Below are positions 1 to 13,010 of a stretch of DNA of 64,000 bases, one piece after another. Each line of letters begins with the position of its first letter. Within the stretch, counting starts at the first letter, position 1. Below the pieces are notes generated by a model. The model was not told where the DNA came from, did no database searches, and saw nothing but the letters and a program-made list of their open reading frames with translations. Source of the DNA: Anthoceros angustus (lineage: Eukaryota > Plantae > Anthocerotophyta); NCBI GenBank assembly GCA_010909165.1, contig MU008186.1, forward strand, positions 496,001-560,000. The letters run 5' to 3'. The position numbers and the translations under genes are program-made.

Positions 1-840
1 ATGCATGATGTTTGTGAGCTACAATACAACCCAGCAGTACCATTCTTCACCTTCAAGGCCGCTATGGTGAAGCACACCCTGGCGCACTACATCCCTACTA
101 TCCTGGCTCACTAGGCTCTCGGCATGCACAACCAAGATGAGGACAGCCTTGCACCTTCCACACAAACACCTCCAATCCCTGCTCCACGATCGCACCCAAA
201 GGCTGCAGCAGATCTCCCCGCAGGCCCGCCAGGACCACCTTCATTCAGGGTGAGCAGATCGAACTGAGCGGTGCGGACTATAATCCGTGAGCGTAACCTT
301 TAGGATGGCAATCCCTGCAGACGCGAACCCTGTGTAACATATATCAGCTGCCTTCAAGGCGGGCTCTAAAACCGTGGAAGAGAAAGTGCAACCTCCTGTT
401 AGGTTCACCTGCGTTTGAAGACGAAGCAATAAGCAGAGCAAATCAGCAGGGCAAGCTAGGCAGTTCTTTTCCAGAGTCATTCCATCTGTCAGTCGGGTGT
501 CGTAGTTGCTATCTACTGTGAAAGTGTTCTCTTTCATGGGTGGATCCCATCGTTTTCCCATCGTGTGCTTTCAAAGCGCACTTCCAAGCACTGCTTCGAA
601 GTGTTCCTTTTGCTTGGGATTGTCACTTCGTGCTAGCATTGCATGCTCTCTTTTGGAGACGCGATTGGACTGGTGAGACCACCCACCGTTTCCAGTGAGG
701 CGTTTTGGCCTCGGTACGTGGGTCCTGGAGGTGACGTGTGAAGCTGAAAAGAGGTTCCAAGAAACGTGCATTTCATCAGGAGCACCTTCCACCAAGTTGT
801 TTAGGTCGCTGTACATGATTTCAACCTCAAACGGGGAGAG

Positions 841-2764
841 CTAGTGGTATAAGTGGGGAGGCAAGCGGGGAGTAGCAACAGCCTGCAAAGGGACGGTCTT
901 GGGCATGGTCAATCCAAAGGTTTCCTTCATGTCCATGTGCTCAGGTGTTTGGCCCTGAGGCAGTTGCCAATCAAAGCTATGCAGTAGCTGGGCCACAGCA
1001 TAATACACATGGGTGAGGCCCAATTGTATGCCAGGACAACCTCTCCTGCCAGCTCCGAAAGGGATGAACTCAAAATTCTGGCCAGATATGTCAAAATCCC
1101 TGCAGCACACCATCACACACGTTCGGGACCACTATTGTGAGACTACTCCTGCAAAGGATTTAGCAACTTGCTGCCAAAGGCTTGGCTATATACCTTCCCA
1201 CGAATCTTTCTGGGTTGAACTCCGCAGGGCTCTCCCATACGGATTTGGCCTGTGCGATGCTCCAAATATTGACAAGCACTTGCATCCCAGCGGGGATATC
1301 GTACCCGGCAACTTGACAAGAATCGATGGCTGCATGTGGGATGAGATGTGCAACTGCAGGATGTACACGCATACTTTCTTTGACGATGGCTTGAAGATAT
1401 GGCAAATTCGAAATGTCTGATTCCTGTAGCCTGCGGTCTCGCCCAACTACAAAGTCAAGCTCCTTGTGAGCCCGTTGCATAACGTCAGGGTTGCGGATCA
1501 CCTCTGCCAGAGCCCACTCCATGGTCACTGCAGAGGTGTCCACTCCAGCACCGATCAAATCCTGCAGCAGCGAATCAACATGATACGACATCCCCGACAA
1601 GTTCTGGAAGCACGAATTCCTGCGCACAACCACTGAGGTATATTCTTAAGGTGTTCAGGTATGTTGCGCAGCAACTCACAAGTATTAGCCCTTTGATCAT
1701 GGTGTCGGTGTTGGGTACAGCTCCCTCCTCAGCCGGCAGAGAAAGCAGCACATCCATGAAGTCCTGCTCTGCTTCTGCTTTCTGCTGCACCTCATTCTGC
1801 TTTCTGTGCTCCTCCAGCACCTTGCTCAGGAACTTGTCCAGCTTTACGTGCAAATTGGCAATCTGCTTCTTGGGCCACCAGTCCACAAATGCCAGGTACC
1901 GAGAATGATCTCCCACCATCGGAATTCCGTACAAGTGGAAGAGGTCGTTCAGCGTTCGCTTGAGTTCTGTACCCTCAGATTCAGCCTACAAGGCCAGGAA
2001 ACTTGCATCCAACAGTCAATCCAGAAACTACATCACAGCTATCTGGTGAGGACATGTAAGCCAGGCCTACCTGGTGCGATCTTCCTTGGTTGAAAAACCG
2101 TTTCCCAAATAGCTGTCTAGTCATGAGATTCATGGTGAGAGCAGCAAGCTTCTGGTTCAAGTCGAATCCCACGTCCCTGGCGGTGTCGTCCAAAATGGAG
2201 AGCACCATGTCAGACATTTCCTGCTGCCTTGCCGCTGCAAACTGATGTATCCGCTTCTGAGTGAGGAGCTCAACAGTGGCCACCTTCCTGCAATGCTTTC
2301 AGCCCGGGTAAGCTAGCATTCTGCAGTGCTAAGAATACCATTCACAGTAGGAAAGAACAGAGAGACCTGAGGTATCTCCACTGCGGTCCGTAAGGGGTGG
2401 CGGCAATGGATCCGTCAACGAATGTCAATCCCTGGAAGGCCCTGAAGGGAGGTCGAGAAGCGAAATTCCGATCCTGATTCTTGAGCACTTCCCGGGCCAT
2501 GTCCGGGGACGAGATGAGCACGATAGACCTCCCTGCCATGCGGAGATGCAAAATGGGTCCATGCTGCTCCGCCAATCTATCCATCTCACGGTGAGGATGA
2601 GGAGATCCCAGAAACAGGTGCAGGTGCCCAATCAGGGGCCAAGATGGGGGTTCCGGTGGCAGATTCAGTTTGGCCCCAGCCTTGGGCATTTGCATCCATC
2701 GAACAAACACAAATGCTGCCCCAATGCCGGCAAGCAGCTGCAGAAGCAAGACGCTCACATCCAT
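841..2764 (-). CDS. Cytochrome P450, CYP71 clan (A-type), intact, 5 exons, 515 aa
   Basis: Exons 2764-2367, 2287-2071, 1985-1680, 1561-1194, 1099-841 all have GT-AG ends and sum to 1548 nt (516 codons including stop). Motifs: N-terminal TM anchor, [16 protein letters not shown]-helix AGVDTS, K-helix KESMR, FNPERF, heme motif [10 protein letters not shown]. Family not assignable without a search. Confidence 0.95.
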
Positions 2765-3271
2765 TTTTTGCTACACTCTACCATAACCACGGCTTGCCTT
2801 CCTTTGAAGCTCCTTGGAAGTTGGGCATCCTTTTCCCGCGTGGGAGATTCGTTAGGAAAGAAAAAACAATCCCGCTTAGGACAGGATTTTGAGGCAGGCT
2901 CGTGTGGGAAGCGTAAACATCAATCAATACAACAGGCGATCCTTGCGAGGTTCTGAGGCGGACGCTGACCACCTGTCCCCGGTTCCCGGTCTCCTCCCCA
3001 TGCCCATGCAACCATGTCCCCATCTACCCCATGCCATCATATGGAACCGATGCTCGATGCCCCGATGCGGCATCTCGCAAAGCTTAAACCTAAAATCCAC
3101 AACGTGCCTTTCATCATGCTGGATGCCTCATGCAAAAGACTATATATACATGTATACACCATATATCATAGCTGAGATTGGATACCGAAAATCGATAGAT
3201 GCATGTTGACGAGCTAGGCCGTGCCCACATCTTGGCATGCAGTTTGACATTAGTGTGTATCGTGTAAACAA

Positions 3272-3345
3272 CTAATGGTCCGATGTAAGTGAGCTTGGGT
3301 AGCTTTGCTAGGCTTATATATAAATTATATGATCATAAGTTTATG
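3272..3345. repeat. 74-bp direct repeat, left copy (putative target-site duplication)
   Basis: ctaatggtccgatgtaagtgagc...gatcataagtttatg recurs at 4125-4198 with one mismatch and brackets the RLE retroelement fragment. Confidence 0.9.
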
Positions 3346-4124
3346 AAAAGAAAGATGATTTATTGAGGTGAAAGAAGGATGGAAAGAGACCATCTAGGAG
3401 GGGACAACAAATGGGGACCCGGGGGTCGGAGTGAAGAGGAGCAACTGAGCTCCCTACCTAAAGTGACCAATCGCACCTACAATGTCATATGCGGGTAGAA
3501 TAAAGCACTGCAAATCACGGAGGAAGAGGAAAAGGCATCACCCACCGTCGCCTTATGGAGAATCGCCGTTTAGGCCGTTGAAGAGCAATAGAAACCCGCC
3601 ATCTAAGTATCGTGAAGTACGAGAGGACCGCACTATGCTCGCTGCGCATGGTAAGCTTTGGTACAAGACTTGACGAATTTGTCAAAGTCCTCAGCCATTG
3701 CCCCATACGTTTCTAGAGCAAGCGGGATAAAGAGGTGGCCCGCTTGCATCCTGCTTTACTTGCGGACCTTGAGAGCCGCTGCACGGGCAGCAGCCCAGCC
3801 TGGACGGTTGGTGATGACATAGGCGGAGGTGGCGTCACGTGTAGGGTCAGTAACCACTACATCCGGCACCACAACCTGGTCGCCACGGACAAGGTATAGG
3901 TCCGCCCTGATTGAACGACCTGTAAGAAGAGTATACTCCCGCTCCCTCCAGGCCATATAGCCACTTTCGCGAGCAATGGCAAACATGACGTCACGGATGG
4001 CGCGTGAGTGGCAATGCGATGACCCCGTGAGGGACAACGAAAGGTGGACACCAGACGCTGGAGCCGCTCACAAGTGAGGAGCAAAGAAGCCACAGGCTGG
4101 AGTAGGCCGAGACTGGGATCGCAT
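3346..4124 (-). mobile_element. 5'-truncated non-LTR retrotransposon of the restriction-like endonuclease (RLE) type, CRE-like
   Basis: Frameshift-joined translation: RLGL...TCE...FRCPSRGHRIATH/AIRDVMFAIARESG...RADLYL...PDVVVTDP...ALKVRK...FIPLALETYG...RVSIALQR. This is the CCHC / RH / PD-(D/E)xK layout of RLE domains. The 3' end has AATAAA followed by a T-rich tail. Confidence 0.75.
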
Positions 4125-4198
4125 CTAATGGTCCGATGTAAGTGAGCTTGGGTAGCTTTGCTAGGCTTATATATAAATTATATGATCATGAGTTTATG
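4125..4198. repeat. 74-bp direct repeat, right copy
   Basis: Near-identical to 3272-3345. Confidence 0.9.
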
Positions 4199-4409
4199 TA
4201 AAAACTATTCTAGTATTATGTAATTATTATTGTATTATAAAGATAACATTCAACAATAATGTCATATAGACAATCATGTTCAACATATGACCTTTGAATT
4301 ATTCACAGATTCAACAATTCATAGGATACTTAACTAGAAAGTTCTTATGAAACTACTAATCCTCTTTCAAAAGAGATCGATTTAAGCTTTACCTATTGGA
4401 GAGAGAATC

Positions 4410-4545
4410 CTGTGCCAAGTCCTACCACCCCCGCAGGCATGGTTGCGGGGTTGCCCCCTTTCTTATTTCACAACTTACTTCAAACAGCAAGTCTCCATTG
4501 CCCTTCAAAGGGCCATCTCGATGACAATCCTTCACAAGCCGGCGA
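4410..4545 (+). mobile_element. Second, divergent RLE-type retroelement C-terminal remnant
   Basis: SCAKSYHPRR...SYFTTYFKQQVSIALQRAISMTILHK aligns by eye with SCTKAYHAQR...SYFTILRWRVSIALQR of the element at 3346-4124, in the opposite orientation. Confidence 0.5.
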
Positions 4546-4799
4546 CGGCAAGTGACACTTCTTCCTCTTCCTCCGTCATTTGTAGGCTATTTGTCCGTCA
4601 TTTGCAGGCTATTTGTTCTTCCTGCATATGATGTTGTAGGAGCAGTAGATAATTTTAGGTAAGAACTTAGTCGTTCTTTTTGACCTTGACCCTTGAAGTC
4701 CACCTTCATTGTCACTATTAAGAGTTATTGTTGTTGTTGTCCTTTGTTCCTTTGTTTTTGAGCTGTTAAAAGGCATGTGAACAAATATGAAAGGACATG

Positions 4800-4967
4800 A
4801 AATTGCACAGAATGTCCATGAACCGGGCCGTTTTCGATACACATGACATGGACCCAGAATGGACCGGGATCGGGACTGGCAACTTCACCGACTGCCGGTC
4901 CCGAATTTTATTTTACACAGTCGAGGACCGGGACCGGGACGTGGTCAGTATCAAACTCTCAAACCCT
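4800..4967. mobile_element. Possible hAT-like DNA transposon terminus
   Basis: Ends in ctctcaaaccctg (CAGGGTTTGAGAG on minus) with clustered GACCGGGA/CCGG subterminal motifs. The partner TIR and TSD were not found. Confidence 0.3.
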
Positions 4968-5290
4968 GGCACTGGTTTCCGCTCTGGATACCACTCCGAC
5001 ATGTTCCTGATTTCCGGATGGTCGTCTTGTAAGTTGTCACTACCTGGCCGTCTTGCTCCAGGGAATAACTGTTTACATAACTGGAGGGAATAAATGCACC
5101 TGGCCGTCTTGTTGAAGCAAGCAACAAGACGGCCAGAAGGTGAACTGGAGTTTGGAGGAGCACGAAAAAAGAATCTGACCTTCATGAGAAGACAATCGCA
5201 GCACCATCCCTTATGTTATGTCGGTGCGGCGGGAATCTGCAGTAGTTTACAAATCGGCCTAGCTACATCCACTGTGTGTCACATCGTCTC

Positions 5291-5486
5291 TGTTAGAAAG
5301 CAGTAATTCCCAGGTTCAGTACATTAGAAATGGTGTGCTATGCATACATATATAGCCTTTGGCCTTGTCATACTCTCGATAGTATGAAACCCTATCTCGC
5401 TCCTGGGATAATCCTATATACTTCTAGGACTTATACTCATAACTCTAATATGTGATGTGTTGCACCAATCCTATAGATTTCTAACA
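5291..5486 (-). repeat. Copia 3' LTR
   Basis: 196 bp, TG...CA, preceded on minus by the PPT GAGTGGGAG. Confidence 0.95.
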
Positions 5487-5495
5487 CTCCCACTC
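5487..5495 (-). promoter_or_regulatory. Copia polypurine tract
   Basis: ctcccactc on plus, abutting the 3' LTR. Confidence 0.8.
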
Positions 5496-5499
5496 AACA

Positions 5500-8400
5500 C
5501 ATCGCTACTCTTTTAAGCCTAACATCTTGCTAAACTTAACGTGCTTCTCTAAAGTCAACCCTTTGGTCAAAACATCTGCAGCATGTCCATGGGACAACGC
5601 TAGCTCTATCTCCTTGGATTGAACTTTCTCTCGATGAAGTGATGCTTTACTTCAATGTGTTTCGTCCTCGCGTGAAAAGTAGCATTCTTTGCTAAGTAAA
5701 TGCAACCTTGATTGTCGTTGAAGATGGTTGTTGCACCCATACGCTTAAATCCCATTTCTTCGAGCAATCGTCGTAGCCATATTGCTTCCATTGTTGCAGC
5801 AGATATTGCCATGTACTCCGCTTCTGTAGAGGACAAAGCCACAGTAGGCTGGCGCCTACTACTCCATGAAATGGCTCCCCCAAATAGCATAAACACATAT
5901 CCTGTGGTAGACTTGGCCATCGACATCTCCATTAATCAATCACAAAATCCAACCACACAGGCGTCTTCATGTCGATCCTTTTGGTATTTCAACTTCCAAT
6001 GTTTTGTGCCGCAAGTATCGAATATCCTCTTGATCGCTTGATAATCTTTGTTGTCGAGGTTGGCCAAGAATCGACTCACAACTCCCCTCTCTGCAATGTC
6101 GGGCCTTGTCCTGTTGCCAAATATGTAAGACAGCCAACGCACGTTGATAGAGAGTCTTATCTATCTTCTCTTTCTCCTTTTCGTTGTAGGGCTCATCTCC
6201 TGCGATAGCTTCTCATTGAAGATCATTGGCGTCTTCATGGGTTTGCAATCTTGCATGCCGAAACGCTCCAATATGGTCTCCACATATGTTTGTTGGCTCA
6301 AAGAGATCATTTGTTAGCCCTATTCCTTTCCACCTTTATTCCTAGGGAATAGTGGAGCTCACCCAAATCTCTCATGTCAAAGCTTGCATTAAGGCTTTGC
6401 TTTCGAGTCTAAGAGTTCCATGTCATTGCTAGCAATAATCAAATCGTCCACATAAACAGCAATGATAATTATGGATTCTCCCACTCTCTTCACATAGATA
6501 TTCCAATCGATTGGTTTTCTTGAAACCTCTAGACTGAAAACACATCAACCTTACGATACCAAGCAAGGCGGTTGCTTAAGACCATACTGAGCCTTTAGTA
6601 GCCTACATACCTCTCCCTCGCGTCACGGTATTTCAGATCCTCTGGTCCATGTAGATCTCTTCATCCGGATCTCCATTCAGAACGCAATGTAACATCCATA
6701 TGATGTATCTCCATGTCGGCGGCTGCGATAGCTAGGAGAGCTCGGATAGATGCTATCTTAGCGGCGGGGAGAAGGTATCGATAATCCACACAGGACTTGT
6801 GTATATCCTTTCCCCACCAGCCTTGCCTTGTAGCGCTCTATGCTTCCATCACCTTGCGCTTAATCTTGAATGTCCACTTTGATCCTATGCTCTTCCTTCC
6901 GTGAGGTAGAGGAGTGATTGCCCAAGTTTTGTTCTTGAGAAGAGTTATACTCACGTCCAGCTTCTTTCCACTCCTTTGCCTTTGGTCCTTCCAATGCTTC
7001 CCTTAGGCTTTGTGGTTCACGGCATCGCCAACCATGCCTCCTCATACACACATGCATTCATGGATTCCAAGATCTTCTGAAGGTTTCCATTGTCTCGTTG
7101 ATCTTCTCAAGATTGGTTGTCTCTCGAATACTTGAGCTTCTTCTTCGTCAATTCGACAATGCTTTGATCTTCATCTACTTCTCCAATCGCGACATCGAAT
7201 TTCCCTTTCTCCCCTCTATGTCGCATTGTTGAGAAGGTTCGTTGGGCTCGGGGAGTTGCTCAAGAGTGTCATCATAGTCGAATCCTCATCGGTGGTCAAC
7301 ATACGTCGGATCCTTCATGATAAACGGGTTGGAGCTCCCACTCCTTTGATGGGTTCCACAACCTCATTAAATACAACGTCCACACTAAAATGATCTTCTT
7401 CCTTGAAAGATCATACAACCGGTAGCCCATCTCTTAGAGTATCCAAGCATAAGGCACTTCACGCCTTTTGGATCCCATTTTGTTCGGGTTTGCTTGAACG
7501 TGAGCATAAACCATCGAACCAAAGATCCTCAAATGGCTTATGTCGGGCTTGACGCTGACCACGCTTCCTCGGGTCATTCCAACAATAGCTTTGGTTGGAA
7601 CTCGATTCAAAACATAGGTTCTTGTAACAACCCCACCCCAAAACGTACTTCCAAGCCACTATGATGTAACATGCATTTAGCGCCTCCACGGACTCCTAAG
7701 TTTGCGCCCGCCACTCCATTTTGCTCCGGTGTGTGAGGGATGGTTAGTTGCCTTCCAATTCCATGCTCCTTGCAAAAGCGTTGGAAGTTAGTGGAGATGT
7801 ATTCACCTCCGTTGTCACTCATAAAGTCTTGACGTTGTCCACTTCGTTCTCCACCATGGCTTTCCATTCCTTGAAGAGTGTAAATACAGGATTTCTCCTT
7901 CATAAGATATGTCCAGTCTTCCTAGTGAAATCATCCACAAACACCGAATGTAGCGGGCTCCGCCATGAGTGGATTTTCATTGGACCACACACATCCGTGT
8001 GTACCAACTCTAGCGCCATCTTTGCTCGTCACGCAATCTTGGGAACTTAGTTCGGTGTAGCTTTCCCATTATGCACCCTTGGCATAATTGCGGCTCACCC
8101 ACTTCTTTCAAATCCAAGCTCAGAACCATATGTTGGTTCTTCATCAACTGATATTGTCCACACCAATGTGCCCTAGACGTTGATGCCATAAATCAATAGA
8201 TCCAATGCTATTTTGCGAATCGTCCATAAAGGTGCAAGCTTGCCTTCCACGAAGCACACAACTTGTACAAATTTCCTACTCGACGCCTAGCAATCACTTT
8301 AGCATTCGATAACTCAGTCGCCGATTGGATCCAAATCCTTTGGAATTGAACACAACCTCATGACTGATCGGCAATTTTTATGCGAAAGAAGATTCCTCGC

Positions 8401-11346
8401 AAGATGAGGCACATGATGCACGCCTTAATACTGTAGACCTCCGGAAGATGGACTCGTAACACTCCTCTTCCCTTGATGTCATGTGACCTATTGTCACCAA
8501 GCGCCACCGTATGCCCCTCCGCAATACCTCGTAGCTTGAGAACCAAGGAAGGTTATAATCTTTGGGATGCACCGAGTCAAGGTACAAACTCTCATCCTTC
8601 TTTGATGAAGTCGCTTGATCTCTTTCGGTGAAGCACGAAGATGTGTTCTTGGTCCTTCTCACGACTTGATTAGCTTGGGATGATTTCCTTCTTCAAGTCC
8701 GCCAATCTTATTTTACGCCCTTTGCGTGGTGATTGGGCTTCCGCAATAATAACAAAAGCCTTTCACCTTTCTCTTTGCATCCGTATCCTTTGTCCCTTCT
8801 AGAGACTTGGCTTGCGAGGTCTTCCACCGTGATGTGCCCTTCTTGAGAAGAGTGCCAAGCCTTCGTTGCCTTGTGTCCGGAAAGAACCATCAAGCTCCTC
8901 TTGTAGGAGTAATCTAACCACCTCATCAAAGGTTGGTTGATTGTCACTTGACGCATCGCTACGGATGCCCTATAAGACAATAAAATTGCCTACATGATGG
9001 TGGCAAACTACTCGGCACAGTGATCACCTTACCCTGAAGGTTTCCATTGTCTCGTTGATCTTCTCAAGATTGGTTGTCTCTCTCGAATACTTGAGCTTCC
9101 TCTTCTTCGTCAATTCGACAATGCTTTGATCTTCATCTACTTCTCCAATCGCGACATCGAATTTTCCCTTTCTCCCCTCTATGTCGCATTGTTGAGAAGG
9201 TTCGTTGGGCTCGGGGAGTTGCTCAAGAGTGTCATCATAGTCGAATCCTCATCGTTGTCACATACGCGGATCCTTCATGATAACCTGGGGTTGGAGCTCC
9301 CACTCCTTTGATGGGTTCCACAACCTCATTAAATACAACGTCCACCTAAAATGATCTTCTTCCTTGAAAGATCATACAACCGGTAATTAATCTCGAGAGT
9401 ATCCAAGCAGGCACTTCACGCCTTTTGGATCCCATTTTGTTCGGGTTTGCTTGAACGTGAGCATAAACCATCGAACCAAAGATCCTCAAATGGCTTATGT
9501 CGGGCTTGACGCTGACCACGCTTCCTCGGGTCATTCCAACAATAGCTTTGGTTGGAACTCGATTCAAAACATAGGTTCTTGTAACAAGCCTCACCCCAAA
9601 ACGTACTTCCAAGCCACTATGATGTAACATGCATTTAGCGCCTCCACGGACTCTAAGTTTGCTCCACTCCATTTTGCTCCGGTGTGTGAGGGATGGTTAG
9701 TTGCCTTCCAATTCCATGCTCCTTGCAAAAGCGTTAGTGGAGATGTATTCACCTCCGTTGTCACTCACGCAAAGTCTTGACGTTGTCCACTTGCGTTCTC
9801 CACCATGGCTTTCCATTCCTTGAAGAGTGTAAATACCGGATTTCTCCTTCATAAGATATGTCCAGTCTTCCTAGTGAAATCATCCACAAACACCGAATGT
9901 AGCGGCTCCGCCATGAGTGGATTTTCATTGGACCACACATCCGTGTGTACCAACTCTAGCGCCATCTTTGCTCGTCACGCAATCTTTGGGAACTTAGTTC
10001 GGTGTAGCTTTCCCATTATGCACCCTTGGCATAATTGCTCACCCACTTCTTTCAAATCCAAGCTCAGAACCATATGTTGGTTCTTCATCAACGATATTGT
10101 CCACACCAATGTGCCCTAGACGTTGATGCCATAAATCAATAGATCCAATGCTATTTTCGTCCATAAAGGTGCAAGCTTGCCTTCCAAGCACACAACTTGT
10201 ACAAATTTCCTCGACGCCTAGCAATCACTTTAGCATTCGATAACTCAGCCTTTCATTGGATCCGAAATCCTTTGGAATTGAACACAACCTCATGACCGCA
10301 TCGGCAATTTTGCGACGGAAAGAAGATTCCTCGCAAGATGAGGCACATGATGCACGTCTTTAATACAAGCTCCTCGGAAGATGGACTCGTAACACTCCTC
10401 TTCCCTTGATGTCATGTGACCTATTGTCACCAGTATGCCCCTCCGCAATACCTCGTAGCTTGAGAACCAAGGAAGGTTATAAGCGAAATCTTTGGGATGC
10501 ACCGAGTCAAGGTACAAACTCTCATCCTTCTTTGATGAAGTCGCTTGATCTCTTTCGGTGAAGCACGAAGATGTGTTCTTGGTCCTTCTCACGACTTGAT
10601 TAGCTTGGGATGATTTCCCTTCTTCAAGTCCAATCTTATTTCTGATCCTTTGCGTGGTGATTGGGCTTCCAAATAACAAAAGCCTTTCACCTTTCTCTTT
10701 GCATCGTATCCTTTGTCCCTTCTAGAGACTTGGCTTGCGAGGTCTTCCACCGTGATGTGCCCTTCTTGAGAAGAGTGCCAAGCCTTCGTTGCCTTGTGTC
10801 CGGAAAGAACCATCAAGCTCCTCTTGTAGGAGTAATCTAACCACCTCATCAAAGGTTGGTTGATTGTCACTTGACGCATCGCTACGGATGCCCTATAAGA
10901 CAATAAAATTGCCTACATGATGGTGGCAAACTACTCGGCACGGTGATCACCTTACCCTCAAGGTTTGATCTCCGCCTCATTTGATCAACCAAGCTTTTCA
11001 ACTTGTTGACATGTTGTTGAACGGTGTCGCCTCAACCATCTTGAAGTTGGAGAATTGACTTTCCAAAGATTTCGCTCACAATGCTCTTCTTCTCATCGTT
11101 GTGCAAAGAATTTTCCATGCATCCTGCGAAGAGACACACTCGCTCAATTGTGAGAGAATGTCATCGACACATTCAGATAATATTAGCCAAGGCTTTCGCA
11201 TCCTTGTCTATATCCTTTTCGAGCGCCATCCGGAAGTCCATTTTCCACAAACTTCCACAATCCTCTCAATGAGAAGAGATTTTAGCTTCAACTTCCATAA
11301 TGTGAAGTTCCCGCCATCAAACTTCTCCACTTGACGTAGTCTCCAT
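5500..11346 (-). pseudogene. Copia gag-pol polyprotein (frameshifted in this assembly)
   Basis: gag QVEKFDGGNFTLWKLKL; protease LYLDS; integrase HTDVCGP, SDNGGEY, PEQNGVA; RT region ~6200-6950; RNase[23 protein letters not shown]...[14 protein letters not shown]. Confidence 0.9.
7080..10966. repeat. Tandem duplication inside copia (units ~7080-9036 and ~9037-10959)
   Basis: The late gag, PR and INT region is present twice. The junction carries the 7-bp microhomology AAGGTTT (7080, 9037, 10960). Confidence 0.9.
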
Positions 11347-11533
11347 ATGCACACCTCGAAAGCTATGCAAAGACAAGACAAAAGTTCCTCGCACCAAAAC
11401 TACTACCAAGCTTCACAAAATTGCAAACGAGCTTTTCACGGACACTTAGTCCGCATAACTACAAACAATGCAATAGAAGACAAGTGGCAAGAGTCCCACA
11501 GGTGGTGTAGAGTGCTACGCATCTCCGAACCAT

Positions 11534-11544
11534 GCTCGATACCA
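11534..11544 (-). promoter_or_regulatory. Copia primer-binding site (tRNA-iMet type)
   Basis: TGGTATCGAGC on minus immediately after the 5' LTR. The canonical plant iMet PBS is TGGTATCAGAGC. Confidence 0.85.
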
Positions 11545-11738
11545 TGTTAGAAAACAAGAATTCCTGTGTTCAAGACATTAGAAATGGTGTGCTATGCATA
11601 CATATATAGCCTTTGGCCTTGTCATACTCTCGATAGTATGAAACCCTATCTCGCCTCGGATAATCCTATATACTTCTAGGACTTATACTCATAACTCTAA
11701 TATGTGATGTGTTGCACCAATCCTATAGATTTCTAACA
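11545..11738 (-). repeat. Copia 5' LTR
   Basis: 194 bp, near-identical to 5291-5486, followed by TSD GTCTC. Confidence 0.95.
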
Positions 11739-11789
11739 GTCTCACTCGGCTCCATGTTCGTGGAGCGACAAAAAGTGATGAGCCTCCAA

Positions 11790-13010
11790 CTTACATGGTG
11801 ATACCCTTGTCACTGTGGTGGAGGGTCTTGAATGGGGTTAGCTGGGCCTGTGGAGGATTGGGTGGGATTGGCCTCGCCACCGTCAGTCGTGCTTGGCATT
11901 GCATCTTCGCAGCCCACCCGGACGAGGATTAGGATCGAGGAGGAGCAGATTTGCCCCTTGCACCTCCCAAATGGCGATTGTGGGAACCTCCACCTGCCAA
12001 AGCCGGCAAGATGACCCACCGGTTACCATATGCATGGAGCTGGCCAAGACGTACGGGCCTGTAATGCTGCTCAAGGTAGGAGCCTTCAACATGCTCTTCA
12101 TCACCGACCCCAAGATTGCTGGAGACTGTTTCTGCACTAGTCGAGGAAAGGAAAAGCAAGTTGATGTATCGATTATATAGCTAGGGGAGGAGTCTGACAA
12201 GGCAGAGCTTTTATATTTGCGTGCATGCGAGTCTCCGTATGGGGAATCTGAGGCTTGTGAAGAAGCTGCACGCGTGAGAGCGTTAACAGAAAGCCGCAGC
12301 TTGAGGAATTGAGGGCGGAGGAGACTCAGGAAACAGTTCGGGAGCTCTTGGAGGCGTCCAAGGGGAATGTTGCAGTGCATGTGGTTAGGAGGCTGAAGTA
12401 CTTGATGATGACTCCATCGATGCGGTGTTCGAGTTGTTCTCCAATCCCATGGTGGAGGATATTATCCCCGCTCTTGCCTGGGTGGATGCGGTGTCAGGCT
12501 TGCGGAGCAGGATGCGGATGGTAATTGCCAACCTGGATAAGAGTATCCAAGGAACACTGGATGCACGGAAGCAGGATCTGCTAGAAGCGAGGAAGCACGC
12601 CGAATTTCTTTGTCCCAAGTGGGAGCAAGAAGAGGCGCTGACGGCCTCCACCGCCAAAGATCGAACCCACAGGCAAGGCTTGAGAGATTGCCGGCCCATA
12701 GGAGCACAACTAGTTCAACACGACCGGTTCGGCCCATTTGCAGGCAGAAGAACACTTTCAAACCGCATCACGAGATCTTTGATCAATCCTCTAGTCACCA
12801 ACTGCAACCGCAGACGCTTAGAATGAGTTGATAGACTACCTTCTTGAATCCATTCGATTCTTCACGAGATTTGCCAAGACCATCTTTCTGCTTTGAGCCA
12901 CGACACGGAGGTTACGATGATGGGCAATCGTTTCTCACAATTCAAACAACAAGCAAGTCAGATACAATATGAGGAGGAGCATCGAAACGAGGACGACACA
13001 TTAGATTTGT
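11790..13010 (+). pseudogene. Cytochrome P450 (CYP71 clan) 5' half, degenerate, copy 1
   Basis: IVG(N)LHL...MELAKTYGPVMLLKVGAFNMLFITDPKIA, PYGE, EDIIPALAWVDAVSGLRSRM, I-helix-like HDTEVTMM. No heme motif follows. Confidence 0.8.

Larger units (their letters stand above)
5291..11738 (-). mobile_element. Full-length Ty1/copia LTR retrotransposon with a ~1.9-kb internal tandem duplication
   Basis: LTRs at 5291-5486 and 11545-11738 with TGTTAGAAA...TTTCTAACA termini. 5-bp TSD GTCTC at 5286-5290 and 11739-11743. iMet-type PBS, PPT, and gag-PR-INT-RT-RNaseH domain order on minus. Confidence 0.96.

Noticed and set aside
241-816. Two minus-strand ORFs downstream of the P450
   Set aside because: No recognisable domain or splice structure. 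Left unannotated.
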